From Sphagnum compactum (taxonomy: Eukaryota), in the NCBI GenBank assembly GCA_965153455.1, contig OZ234493.1, positions 33,098,213 through 33,162,212 of the forward strand: a stretch of DNA of 64,000 bases, in the 5' to 3' direction. Positions 25,159-37,254 of this stretch are shown one piece after another. A program made the translations under genes and the position numbers. Every line of letters starts with the position of its first letter. Position 1 is the first letter of the stretch. Below the pieces are notes generated by a model. It was given only the letters and a program-made list of their open reading frames with translations, made no database searches and was not told the DNA's origin.

Positions 25159-27444
25159 TCATCGAGAATAAGTAGCAGTGGAGGTGTAGTCCTTCTTGGG
25201 TCCTTTTACATGATACGAGATCTCCATCTTTTCAATGTGATTGCCTCGAAAACAAAACCGATACGACACATTGTACAGATCTTCACTGCACAGGTGCTCA
25301 CCCTCTGCCTTCCAACCCCCAGACATCTCATTTAACTCCCCCTTTTCTGGGCATTTAGGAGAGAGGAAGCGAAGAGAATGGAAAAAGGAGCCTCGGGTGC
25401 CTTCGTTTTCAAAAAAGACGTTGATCTGCTCAGTGTCTTTGTCGTACACATACACATACTTGCGATGCACTCGGAAGTGATGACCGCGCTGCATGGAAAG
25501 CTCCCCTATCTCACTGTAGAGATATTGATGGGACACATCTGTTACAGAGAAGGTTGCTGTCCCCTCAACTGTCCCAGACTGTGATGAATCCATCCGGTTT
25601 TCAATACAGCGATGAAGAATCCATGAACCAGCCAGTGAGCGGAACACTGAATATGGTACCATCTTACCATTCAAAAACTCCTCACATGCCTTCTCAAGAA
25701 TTTCTACAGCTTCGTTTGCTGCCACATCTCCTGTGTGAAAGTGGGCAGGGATGACTATATCATGCTTCTGACACCATTCCTTTGAAGGGAGAACATTAAG
25801 ATCTGCAGCAAATGCATCTGCAAAACCAACATAATCCCAATGAGGGAATTGGGGTTGTGGAGTTTGGATTCTGATCCGCTTCTCGAGGGCGATTCCTTCT
25901 TGCTGGACGGATTCTGGAACTGATGGTAAGACCCCCGAGAAAATGGCAGCTGCCCACCTTGCTTGCAATTCAATGACACCAAAGAAGGGTCCCCGATACA
26001 TACCCACAAAAGCTGATCTGGGAAGTGAGGGATGAAAGGTGGAACGGTGCAGAAGTAATGGCATAAACTGGTCGGCAGGGTCAAAGGATATACTGTCAAG
26101 CAATTCAGAGGAAAGGTAAGGCATCGAGCATAGGAAACCTGTGCAGAAGATGATGCAATCAACATCAGCAATTGTGGTGTGATCTTCAAGGATCAATGTC
26201 CGACCCTGCACCTCCTGCACCTTGCTGAGTCGAACTCTGATATGGTTCGAACGGACAAGCTCCAGGTACATATCAGAGATGGCAACGATGGGCGGATCAG
26301 TGTCATGTTCCAACTTGAGAATCCCTTGATCACCACACAACTTCATGAAGTACTCATTTGCCTTCTGAACCTCCTCCTCACTACGGAAGATATCTTCACT
26401 CTGTGACTTGTGTGTCGAGCGACGGAAAAAGACCAAGTCCAGAGGGAAGAAAGGTGTGGTATCTGAATCAGGATTCAGAGCAATGTAGCGTGGAACAACC
26501 CAGAATGGTCGACTCACCGTGTTGATGACTTCACTGGCAAATGCAGCAATGTCTGCTGCTATTTCTGCTGAACTAGCAGCTGCACCCACAACCACCACTC
26601 GCTTGCCTCTAAATCTCTCTGGCGATCGGTAATTGGAGCTGTGCATGACTTCACCCAGAAAGCCATCTAGTCCCGGAATGCTTGGAATGTGGGGGATGGA
26701 GAAAAACCCGGATGCAAACACCACAAAATCAAACATCTGCTCCTGAGATGATGACAGCAGTGCTGCTGCTGGAGGAGACCCCTGAATTGCCTTTGGCTCC
26801 TCCAAAGATGATGATGATGATGATGATGACCTCCACTGTACAACCCACTTCCCATTGTTGTTGTCGCTGCCGCCACTTCTTGCCACACTTGTGACTTCCG
26901 AGCTGAGAGAGAAGTGCACAGGTTGAAGGAATTTGCGGGCGTAGGCATAAATGTAGTCATTCATCTCATGCTGAGTGGGGTAAGTGGCAGCTTTGGAATC
27001 CCACGCGAAATCAGAAAAGCAGCAGGCATATCGTGACACATTGGTTCTCATTGAGGACCAGAAGGGATTCACTCTAGGATTCCATACTCCACCAAGCTCA
27101 GGTGCTTTGTCAAAGATTGTAGGAGAAAGACCCACCTCAAGCATGTATTTTGCAGTTACAAGACCTGATGGACCTGCCCCAATCACTGCTACAGTCTTTC
27201 CCCTTCTTCTACTATCATCTCCTGTTGCTGCTGCTGCTGTTGTTGTTGGTGTTTTCTCCATTGTTTCGATGTCTTCTCCTCCAAGTTGGTTGCAAGTTGG
27301 GTTTGCAACAAACACAGCCGCTGCTGTTGCTGCTGTTCTTACCTTCTGCTTCAAGATTCCAAGAAGACGGGACTCGCACTTGGAGGAAGAAGAAGGTGAT
27401 GGAACATTCCTGCAGATGAGAAAGCCAAGAAGAAGAGTCATCAC
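25159..27444 (-). CDS. Flavin-containing monooxygenase (class B FMO) fused to a C-terminal DUF6314-like domain
   Basis: 761-codon uninterrupted ORF. FAD motif VAVIGAGPSGL, GGVW, FMO signature FLGEVMHSSNYR, degenerate NADPH motif VVVVGAAASS, VFASG and FCTGF motifs, ELQARW. The last ~165 aa (FRSLAGSWILHRCI...EGTATF...YLYSEIG...RKYVY...FFHSL...HLCSEDLY...VKGPKKDY) match DUF6314 as I recall it. The true start is uncertain: an in-frame upstream segment begins at 27717, and there are internal Mets. Confidence 0.92.
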   Translation of the reverse strand: MMTLLLGFLICRNVPSPSSSSKCESRLLGILKQKVRTAATAAAVFVANPTCNQLGGEDIETMEKTPTTTAAAATGDDSRRRGKTVAVIGAGPSGLVTAKYMLEVGLSPTIFDKAPELGGVWNPRVNPFWSSMRTNVSRYACCFSDFAWDSKAATYPTQHEMNDYIYAYARKFLQPVHFSLSSEVTSVARSGGSDNNNGKWVVQWRSSSSSSSSLEEPKAIQGSPPAAALLSSSQEQMFDFVVFASGFFSIPHIPSIPGLDGFLGEVMHSSNYRSPERFRGKRVVVVGAAASSAEIAADIAAFASEVINTVSRPFWVVPRYIALNPDSDTTPFFPLDLVFFRRSTHKSQSEDIFRSEEEVQKANEYFMKLCGDQGILKLEHDTDPPIVAISDMYLELVRSNHIRVRLSKVQEVQGRTLILEDHTTIADVDCIIFCTGFLCSMPYLSSELLDSISFDPADQFMPLLLHRSTFHPSLPRSAFVGMYRGPFFGVIELQARWAAAIFSGVLPSVPESVQQEGIALEKRIRIQTPQPQFPHWDYVGFADAFAADLNVLPSKEWCQKHDIVIPAHFHTGDVAANEAVEILEKACEEFLNGKMVPYSVFRSLAGSWILHRCIENRMDSSQSGTVEGTATFSVTDVSHQYLYSEIGELSMQRGHHFRVHRKYVYVYDKDTEQINVFFENEGTRGSFFHSLRFLSPKCPEKGELNEMSGGWKAEGEHLCSEDLYNVSYRFCFRGNHIEKMEISYHVKGPKKDYTSTATYSR

Positions 27445-27717
27445 AGGAATCTAAGAAAACACATACACACACAAGAGGGGACATACAGACACACATACCA
27501 CAACATGATGATGATGATGATGGGAGTGAAGAGAAGAAAAAGACCTCAAGCAGAAGAAGAAGAAAATGCTCAAAGATCTCTCTTGTCGTCTCCTTCTCTG
27601 CACAAGCTTGGACGAGCTCCTCAAAGGAAGAGAACGACCACCCACAACACTAGCGCTGCTGCTACTGATTTGCTGCTGTGCAAAGGAGAAGAGTCCAGTA
27701 CCCATCATCGTCATCAT

Positions 27718-28074
27718 CTATATCCTCGTGGATCTTATGTGACAACGACACATGGAGCTGCCCTCCCACATGGATCCCGGATTTTTCCGTTATTTTGTCG
27801 CGACGAGGATGACCGCAACACGAGGCGGCTGCTATCGACATGACGACACTAAGAAACTAGGTACCCAAAAGCAAAGTTCTCGATCAGCTCCCACTCTTCT
27901 CCTTGCTTCTTCTTCTTCTTCTTCCTCTTCTGCTTCTTCCCCACTACGACTGTTCCTCACTGTGGGAGTGAGCTTTAGGGTTTAAGGAACCTAGACTCCT
28001 GCCAGGCGGGTGAAATCGCTAGCACAGACAGACGCAGAGAGAAGACAGACACAGACACACAGACACGGAGAGAG
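27718..28074. promoter_or_regulatory. Short divergent (bidirectional) promoter/5'UTR region between FMO and ARMC7
   Basis: About 360 bp separate the upstream ATG of the FMO (27717, -) and the ARMC7 ATG (28075, +). Relatively GC-rich, with CTT repeats and a telo-box-like TTAGGGTTT near 27975. Confidence 0.6.
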
Positions 28075-28215
28075 ATGTTTAGTAATGCGGAGCGGCAGAA
28101 GGAGAGAACTGGCAAGTATGGCACTTCTCGCGACGAATTCTTGCAGGTGCAATTCAAAGCCGCATGCTCTCCTCCTCTTCTTTTTTTTTGTTCTTGTATT
28201 GTTTGTTTGTTTTGG

Positions 28216-28294
<79 letters not shown>

Positions 28295-31200
28295 ATATTC
28301 GAAGAAGAGCTGTCAAGAGCACACATAAGACATGCATGTGTGGTGGGTCTTGGAAGGAATCCACCCAGTTGAGAATTTTGGTGCCTTCTTCCTCCCCATG
28401 CTTTTGTTCTTGGTTTTGGGGAGGGCTCCTCCTCCTCTTCCTCATGGCATTGCATTGACAGGGTTTTTTTCCACAACTCTTGCAAATGATTTCCCAGAAT
28501 TTTCCAAATGAATTCTGGGAGAGGAAAACTGTTTTGCAAAGATCGTAAAACTGTAGCTCTTGTGCAGGATTTGATTGCAATCTCAAAGCACCCAGAAATA
28601 TTGGGTTTTACAGTTTCTTACCTTATGAGTCCAATTCAGGATCAATTGTCCAAATCGGTCATGAATTTATTTTTTTTGGCATCAATCTATCACAACTCTG
28701 GTTTGACATTTTGTACATATATCAGACTCTCTGGTTTTGCAAAGGTCATAAAACCACATTTCTTTGGGCAGAGCAGTTTGTTCTCCCTGACAACCTCGGA
28801 TTTTAAGGGTTTTCAGAGAGATTCATTTGATATTATTCATTTTGCAGTTTGCACTGATTGAGAAAGTGTGCAGGATTTGATTCTCAACTCACAGCCCCCA
28901 AGAAAGTGTGCTGGGTTTTACAGTTTCTTACCTTCTGAGTCCAATTCAGGATCGATTGTGCAGATCAGTCATGGGTTTCTTTTTGGGTGCATCTATGAGA
29001 TTCCAATTCTGTGAATATTCGTAAAACCACAGTTCTTCAGGCAGTTTTTTGTGTCCCGTGACAACCTAGGGTTTTAGGGGTTTCCAAGATACTCATTTTG
29101 ATATTCATTAGCATTTTTTGCTGATTGAGGAAGTGTGCAGAAATCACTGTGATTCTGAAATCACAGTGCCCAGAACTGTTGGGTTTACAGTTTCTTACCT
29201 TCTGAGTTCAATTCAGGATCAATTGTGCAAATCAGTCATAGGTTTTTATGCATGTATTGGACTCCAGTTTTGCAAAATTCATTAAACCACAATTCTTCGT
29301 GTGGTTTGCCCATCTGACTACATAAAACTTTTAGGGTTTCAGAAAGAATAATTTGATATTGTGGGTGCTCAGGCTAACTTCAGAATTGATTCTATGCTGA
29401 TCAAGAAGCATGTAGGATTTTGATTTCGAAGTTCACAGATCCCAGACATGTTGGGTTTACAGTTTATGATTATAAATTTTTTGCACGAGTCTCTTGCCAA
29501 ACGTGTCGATGTTGTAGTTTCCATTTCCACTGAAAGGGCGATTGTGTGTTTCCTGATTTAGTGTTGAAGTCAGAGAGGTGTCAAGAAAAATCAGGTTACA
29601 GTTTAGGTTCAAGTTTGTTGAGGTTATCGAGAGACTCATCCAGATGCTTGACTCCCTTTTGCCATGTGCACTGATTGAGAGACATTTTGGCGCAGGAATT
29701 GGTGACACAGTTCCAACAGACTGTCAGTGAAGGTATGATTCCCATGTGCCTTCATATCAATTCTGCTGCACACTAAATTGTGCAGTATATATTTCTCTTC
29801 TAGTTCAGTTTTAAGCAGGATTCGTGGAAAATCACACATGCTCGTCAGTCATCCACTTTGGGGCCTTTTAGAGTTAAGACTTCCAGTCTACTTGGCTGCA
29901 GAGACAAAGGAGCAAGTGGTAGCACATTTGGCAAATTTTGCCTATGACCCTTTCAACTATGATATTCTTCGAAAGGTACACATTCCGAGCTCTCACACCA
30001 GTCTATTACAAAAGCCAGACATGTGAGGGGACCTGATCTATTGACTAATTGAGTGCACTCCAAGAGCTTTATAACAAAAAGATGAGCTAGGTGTAGGGAA
30101 CACCCCACCCTTGGTTGGCAGGTGTAATGCCCTGCAGCCAGGGCTTTACCCTGCATAAAAACCATGTCGTGGGCATTACAGAAAATGTATTACCTGCCAT
30201 ACACATTCTGGCCAATATGACAGGCATTACAGAAAACATATTGCCCACTGTACTGGTCGGAATGCTTGCGGTGCATTTTGAAAAAAGCAAATTCCTTCTT
30301 CTGCCCACCCGCCAGGTTTTTATGATGTAGGAATGCTTTTGGTAGACTATTAGGATAGGACATGAGGTAATAAAAGCCTCAGAGTTTCAAGGGGATTTCC
30401 AACCCTTTTTCAGTACTTTCTAATTTTCTTCATGATTTCCATAAGGGTCTCAAGTGCTTTTTTTTCAATCTTTCCACTTCTTCCTTGTACTCTAGATTTT
30501 GATTTTGTGAACAATGTCTGTCCTAATTTTGGTTTTTTTGTGTGGCGGTTTTGGCACTGTCAGCTCCATGTACTGGATCTGTTCATGGATTGCTTGACAG
30601 AAGCGAACGAAAAGCTCATTGAATTTGGTGTGGGTGGTCTTTGCAATTGCTCACCAGGTTTGTGCTGGCAAAGTCCAACCCCATTGAACTCCTCTCGTGT
30701 CAATGTGTGCACCACTTGCATCATCATGTCTTACTTATTCTGCAAAGAGATGATTTAACAGGAGACACTGAATTTATTCATGATATCGAATAGCAACAAA
30801 CATGTTTTCACAGTCCAAAATTTTTGCTACCTTGATGTCATGATTTTTATATGTTTGCACCCTCAAGAATCACCACAAACTTTTCATAATACTTGAAGGA
30901 TGAAAATTTACCATCTCTAGAAGGTACTGATGGATGACTCCGAGTTGACTTGCTTGTAGTGCAGATCCTGCAAACACAGATGTCATTGTGAAGAATGGGG
31001 GCATTCCTTTAATAATTTCTTGCTTATCAAGTCCTGTTGAGAATACGGTAACAAAGTCTGCTGTTTTTCCAAGTTCCTTTTCTCAACGTGTTATTGCATA
31101 AATGGATGAGTTCTAGCTGGTGCTTGGAAATTCTCCATCACATTTCACAAACAACCATCGACTTTTTGAAATACTCTCAGGCTGTAAGTTCTGGCTGCTT

Positions 31201-31692
31201 ACTGACCTCGAAGTTGGGTTGCATGTAATGCAGGTATTGTCAGCAATTGCAACTTTGTATTATCTCTGCACTCCCTTGACAAAGAAAGGTGATCCAACTC
31301 TGCACTGTCTTTAACCCAGGGTTTCTGATTCATGAACATACTCCATCTAGTATCAGTCACCTCAGTAGCTATCTGTTTCACATCTGGATACTGAGCTGCA
31401 TTCTTTGTATATTGTTTATTTTGCAAGTTTTATCAGATTCCATTCATCACAATCCCCCACCCCCACCCCTCTAGTGGTCCCAGTTCCAGTTGTTCAAACA
31501 GCTGATCATCCAGTAGTTCAAGCAGCTGATCATTCAGTAAGTACCACTGTCGGATTTGTTGCAGATATATTGACTCCTGAGGTGGTGGAGTGTATGAAGA
31601 AGTATGCGAGCATAGCGGATGTCAATGTGCGTTTCAGTAATTTAGCACAAGCCTTCCTTGACAAACATGTAAATACAAGGACTAGATCATGA
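28075..31692 (+). CDS. ARMC7: Armadillo repeat-containing protein 7, 7 exons, 180 aa
   Basis: Exons 28075-28146, 29696-29732, 29902-29975, 30564-30657, 30965-31047, 31234-31288, 31565-31692 (543 nt, all GT-AG). Protein: [31 protein letters not shown]...[34 protein letters not shown]...EFGVGGLCN...[13 protein letters not shown]...AIATLYYLC...[13 protein letters not shown]. Confidence 0.95.
28218..28289. repeat. (CT)n microsatellite, ~36 units
   Basis: Pure tc run in ARMC7 intron 1. Confidence 0.97.
28555..29470. repeat. Diverged tandem repeat in ARMC7 intron 1 (~270-305 bp unit, 3 copies plus a partial)
   Basis: tgtgcag...tgggttt(t)acagtttcttacctt.tgagt.caattcaggatc.attgt at about 28561, 28868 and 29133, and a partial copy near 29410. 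Confidence 0.85.
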
Positions 31693-33313
31693 CCTGTATG
31701 TTCCATTGTTGAGGGACTGGCTCATCAATGAGATCAAAGTAAAATCAATTTTGTCCGGTACATCTTCAGCACCACTTGTCGATTGAAGGTGACTATTACA
31801 TGCCTTTCAACAAATCTGTAAGTAGCCCCATTGCAGAGTAAAAAAGTGCAGATTACATTACTGGGCGCGTTGTTGCAAAGCATAGGAGATGATTGAAGTA
31901 ATTGGGTTGGCAGTCCCTTCACAACATTCTCTGTTTAAGTCTCGAAGTCAATCACAAAAACACACTGTGAGAACTTTCTATGAATTCAGTCAACAAAATC
32001 TAGTTTCTAGGTCAAGTCTACAACAGTGATTCTTCAGAAAATAACAACAATTGTGTTCTTCTCATCTCATTGCCTGTCTACTCACCCTTATGACAATCCT
32101 CTGCCAAAGACAACTCATGTAGCCTGCATTCACAAGGTGAAGGCATATGTCAGACCACATGCATCTTGTATGTCTCTATATCTGTTCTCACTCTCCTGAA
32201 TCTCATCTTGCACAACCGCCCAACTCTTTGTCTGAAGACATGCCACCTTCGTAACAAACACTATATTCTGCAACTGCACTACTCTTGCATTTTCCAGCTC
32301 TTCAGCCAATTCTGCTTCTAACCTTTAATTTTCTCGTTTGCCCTACCTTAAAATCTGTGAATATTCAACATTATAAAATGAGCAGATCAGTAACAAACCT
32401 GCTTTCTTAATTAAGACTGATAGTACAGGCAAGATTCAACTTTGTGCACCCATCAGAAGCTGGCTTTCAAGTTTGTAAAACCATGGAACGAAATACCTCA
32501 ATGTCTCTGGAAACCTGAAAAGGATAGGAATGTATACTACTCGCCTCCAAACCTGTAGTGCCTATCCCTGTACTATAGAGACAAAGGAAACAAGGATGGC
32601 AGCTAGAGGAATTGTAAGGAATTATCCTTCACAGAGACATCCTGATAAGCAGCAAGTGTCTTAAAGAAGAGGGTGTTCACCAGAAGGTATGAGATTCTTG
32701 CAGGTTGAAGCTTTCAACATCTGCAAAGTGCAATTGATCCCTGTTACATAGACATTATGCACGAGCAGAAGAAAACAAGAGAGGATTATGTAAACCAGGA
32801 ACGGGAGACAGTACAGGAAATCAATGAAAGAGCCAACTGTTGCCCTCCTGACTTCTTCAAAGGCTGCCGTCTCTTCAAGTAAAAGCTCATTGCAAAGTAT
32901 TATTACCAATGCTAGCAGGAAATGAAGTAATTACTCAAATTGCAGAACCATAATACAAGACATGGAACTTGCAAACCCAGATGGTCATCCATAGAAGAAC
33001 GTGAGTCAAAATCTCACAACAAAGGGTAACCAAGATCAATGTAAGTAGTGGTAGATATCAAACATTGCCCATGCCTGGGGGTCTTGCATCTATTTTAGAT
33101 CAATTTACAATCCACAACCTTATGAAGAAGCACCAATGTTTGCTCACAAGAGCCAAAGCAAACTCTTACAAATGGAACTCTTCGATGTGATGCTACAATA
33201 TTGGAAGAAACTAGCACCCTAGAATGTTGAATTATTGGCACAGCATCCAAAAGGTGATACTAAGAATGATCTGCATTTGTCAGAGAATTTAGGGCGCTGA
33301 AATGAACTGAAGG

Positions 33314-35970
33314 CTAGCTTGCAGACAAGACTAAGGAGATGAGGTGTAGTATGTACGCTATCAAGGATCCCAACAAAGCTCCCGCTGCTACCTGCAACAT
33401 TCACAGTAATTCTTCTACTGCATCAGAACAGATTCCAGACAGTTGAATACAACAGTCCAATGTACCTTCCCTCTCAGCACTCCAAAACTCTCAAGTCAGC
33501 AACACTACCCTATGACAAAGCAGGACACAATGAAGAATCAACCTCTACTAAAACTAAGATACACCCAAGAACTGTCAGTTGTGCAGCTCCATGTTGCCAA
33601 CACCAAAGACTACCACACAGGCTTGGTAATGTAGTTGGACCATATAGTTAAGAACATTGACATCTTTCACTTGCAACAGTGATCACATGGGACTGGATAT
33701 CCTGAGTGGACCACAAAGCCAGAACTAGCCAATGTCAATCTTCAATATCATCACCCTGTTGAACTGTCAGAAAGTATTTGACAGTTCTCACTTCATTGAT
33801 CATTGGTAGTCTATTCTGCTCTTCCTCCTATGTCGCAAGTGATCAAAATAACAGATTGGGCTTCCAGAGATTTCCCAAGTCCCTTCAAATCAAGGCTAGA
33901 AAATGCCAGAAAGGGAAAGGATACCTGGGGAGGTGTATGCCCCAGGAATTCTCTAAGAGGCCGAGTATCAGCAAGTGGGTGCTCAGGTGGAAGCTCAAAC
34001 ACAATTTGATTCAGAACCTGCACCCATGCCATTGTGCATCCCTTCTCTCAATCATCATTCCCTGAGACAATTAAAATTCATGAAATGCCGATAGAGGATA
34101 TCCTACCATGTGGCTCTAGGAATTATCCAGCTTCTAGAAAGAACAGTCCAAATGATCTACTATGTAAATGTTAAGCTTGAAGTGTGACCCACTTCATTCC
34201 TTTCATTGGGTGGTTGAAAAAGTAATGGAGGAGCATAGATCTGAGAGCTTGCTCAACCATCAAAATGAGGTACAGCATTCTAGCATGAGCTCTTTCTATA
34301 GCAGTGACAATTGAAACTTTGAGCACTGCTCACTCATTTGCTTCAGGTAATTAGAAGGTTTCAAAAGACTACAGACTTCTTAACCTAAACCTGTCATGAG
34401 TTTGCAAGCTAAAGGCCAAGTTATGTCCAAGTGCGCAAGGAAATGAACTTGATAAAAAGCAGGTCAACTTGATTGCAAAAAGCTCACAAATCTCAACTCA
34501 AAGAGAAGAACAAAGGATCATGTGATAAACCTCAGCTTGTCGACCGGCTTGCAGCCTGACACCTGAAGCATCATACATGACCTGCAAAGCCCCCCAAATA
34601 ATTCAGCTTGACACTTCCTTCACAACCCTACCTAAAAGAGGACCTGTTTCCTCCATTCTTCTCTCCCTTTCTTGATACTAATCTAATTGCTCTGACTATC
34701 CAAGGATGTCACTCTTTATACTCTTCTGTCCATGGGCTTTCCCAAGCTGACAACATTACATTCATCAAAATTCAAAACCACTGCCTGCTAGTTTGTCATA
34801 GCCACCTGTAAATCTCATGGAAAATGCCAACAATTCTGCGCCAAAAGCCTTCTTCCCTGAGCATCTGCAATCCCCATTCTTTCAAAGCTAAAACCAAAGA
34901 AGCTACAGAAAATTTGACAGGCTTCTTACAATGCTGGCAAGAACCAAGGCAATTGCAAAAAGGGGTGATGCAGGGCCTTCACGAAGGCCAATGGCACAAG
35001 CAAGCCCCATGACAGTGGAGGAGTGAGAGGATGGCATGCCCCCTGACCCATACAACCTCTTCAAATCCCACCGCTTCTCCTTATACCTGTCCACCTACCC
35101 TTCTTCTTCTTCAGCACATTCCTCCATCACTTTTCAACAAAATCCCACTAAGGTCATGAAAGGCAACATTAGAAAGCAGTTTTGACACATATCCTGCAAT
35201 CAAAGGTTTAAACCAAAAACCCTCCTCAACAGAGTACGTATACACGTCAGCATCATGTAGAAACCCTAGCAGTTGACAAGCTTATCAACCATAGCTATAC
35301 AGTATGAATCCAAACTATGCGCAGAAAGTCAGGACAGATCTAAATGAGCTACAACATAACTCCACTCATGTTTAAATCCAAAAATCCCATCAGTTTCATG
35401 CTCAAATATTGGAGCTCTTGCTTGCAAACAATGTATGTGACTGGAACTGGCAGAAACCCTAGCAGATGACTATGTGCAGGCTCCACAGAAGGCAGCCATG
35501 CTAATGTGCAATTACCTCAAAACCACACAACCAGAGAGAGGGAGAGAGAGAAATGCAAGATATTATGCACCGCTTGTGCAATTCAAAGTCTACCAAAGCA
35601 CAGAAAAACAAAATAAGTCTTCTGGGATTAAAACCCTAATCATGGAGAGAATGTCTCTTCATGCAACGTCAGCCCAGCAATGGACATCTGGTTTTATAGT
35701 TTGAAAGCAAACAAGAGAGGGACAGAAGCAACAGAAGAGACATGAAACAAGAAAGGCGAAAATTCTGTTTTTTTTCTTTTTTTTTAGTTTTTTAATTTTT
35801 TTTTACCAAGTGGTCAACACCTTGAGCGACTGTGCCACAGCAAAGGCCACAAATGCCGCAACCAGGGGGAGATTAGTAACTGCCTCGTACTGCGACTTCA
35901 CCATCTTTGCTGCATTGGCGGCTGCGACTGCACGTGCTATGTCTGCTGCAGCAGCTCCTGTTGCCACCAT
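33314..35970 (-). CDS. Acid phosphatase/vanadium-dependent haloperoxidase-related protein (DUF212, YuiD-like), 5 exons, 180 aa
   Basis: Exons 35970-35807, 35086-34930, 34581-34531, 34017-33925, 33391-33314 (543 nt). Protein: NLPLVAAFVAFAVAQSLKVLTTWYKEKRWDLKRLYGSGGMPSSHSS...VMYDASGVRLQAGRQAEVLNQIV...LREFLGHTPPQVAAGALLG. Confidence 0.95.
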
Positions 35971-37254
35971 CTCTCGCTACGGTTGTTGCTGCTGCACTCA
36001 AATCTGAATTATTCCCAAACCCTAAAACCCACTTCTCCCTGGAAACTTGCCGGCGATGAAAACTCCAGCATACATAGATCCCATACAGAAACTATATCTG
36101 TGTCTTCAGTCTGTGTGCGTCTCTCAGCTACATTGCCATGGAGAATTGTAGATTGCAGATTGAATGTCCGGGCAACGCGAGCGAGGATGGATCGGAGCTT
36201 GGAATTTTGCAGCGATGGCGAGAGAAGATCACTGCGTTGCGTGCGCGTTTCCCGACCGGTTCCGGTTTTCTTTCTCACAAAGACCTAAGTAAAAGAAACT
36301 GCTGCGTAAAATGAAATTTCTCAAAGTAAGAGATTACTGCGTAAAAGAGATTACCGAAAGTAAAGAGACTGCTGCGTAAAAGAAATCCTTTGACTTATGG
36401 TGAAGAAGAAGCTATTGAATATTGGAACAATTTTTTTCACTAAATTTTAATTTAAAAATCAAAAAAAAATTACAGGGGAATTTGGGCACACTCTTGACGA
36501 GATATTGAATTTTGAATTACAAGTTTTGTAATTCAAAATTCAATTAAATTACAATGAATGGTTTTAGGTAACCAAATTCACACTTGGAGCAATAATAGCA
36601 CATCTTACACTATAGTAGTAATTCCAATAGGATGGATTGGCATTCATTCATAAGAGGGTTTAGGGTTACCATTAAACCCTAGTTACCATTAAAAGAATGG
36701 ATTGGCACTCATTCATAAGAGGAATGAGTTTGAATTTGGTTAAAGGTTTAGCCAACAAAGTAGAAATTTTTTTTCAATTTTTTTTTAATTTCATTTTTTG
36801 GCAAATTTTCATTAGTAAAAAAATGTCTTATGGAATTGGTTCTAGAATTCTAAATATGCACATGGTGCAATGATCTTTAAAAGGATGAAGTATAGGCCTT
36901 ATGTTCCCTAATACCTTATCAATTTTGACATTAATTTCATTATTTGCAAAAATGTTGTATATATATATATATATATAGTATGTGCAAGCTTTCCAAAGAA
37001 GAAATTGTGAAGGAAATACAAATTTTTTTGAAATATTTTTAAATATTTTACTTTCAACATGGAATCTTTCAAAATCAATTAATTATTGGACATACATGTG
37101 TTGAAGTTACCCTTTGTTACAAATAACAAAAAATTCCAATGACAATGATTTATTGAAGGTGGTTTATGTCAGACAACTTTAGGTTCTATAAGTAATAAGA
37201 TGTAATCTAAATAGTTCCAAACTAGAATTTGTTTTGCCCATTCCCAAGTAAAGA

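Noticed and set aside
25241-27454. Several plus-strand and alternative-frame ORFs overlapping the FMO
   Set aside because: Shadow ORFs of a long coding region, with low-complexity SSR translations and no recognisable motifs.
25159-35970. FMO + DUF212 (haloperoxidase-related) as a biosynthetic or halogenation gene cluster
   Set aside because: DUF212 proteins are small, ubiquitous plant/bacterial membrane proteins without shown haloperoxidase activity, the intervening gene is housekeeping ARMC7, and no scaffold-forming enzyme is present.
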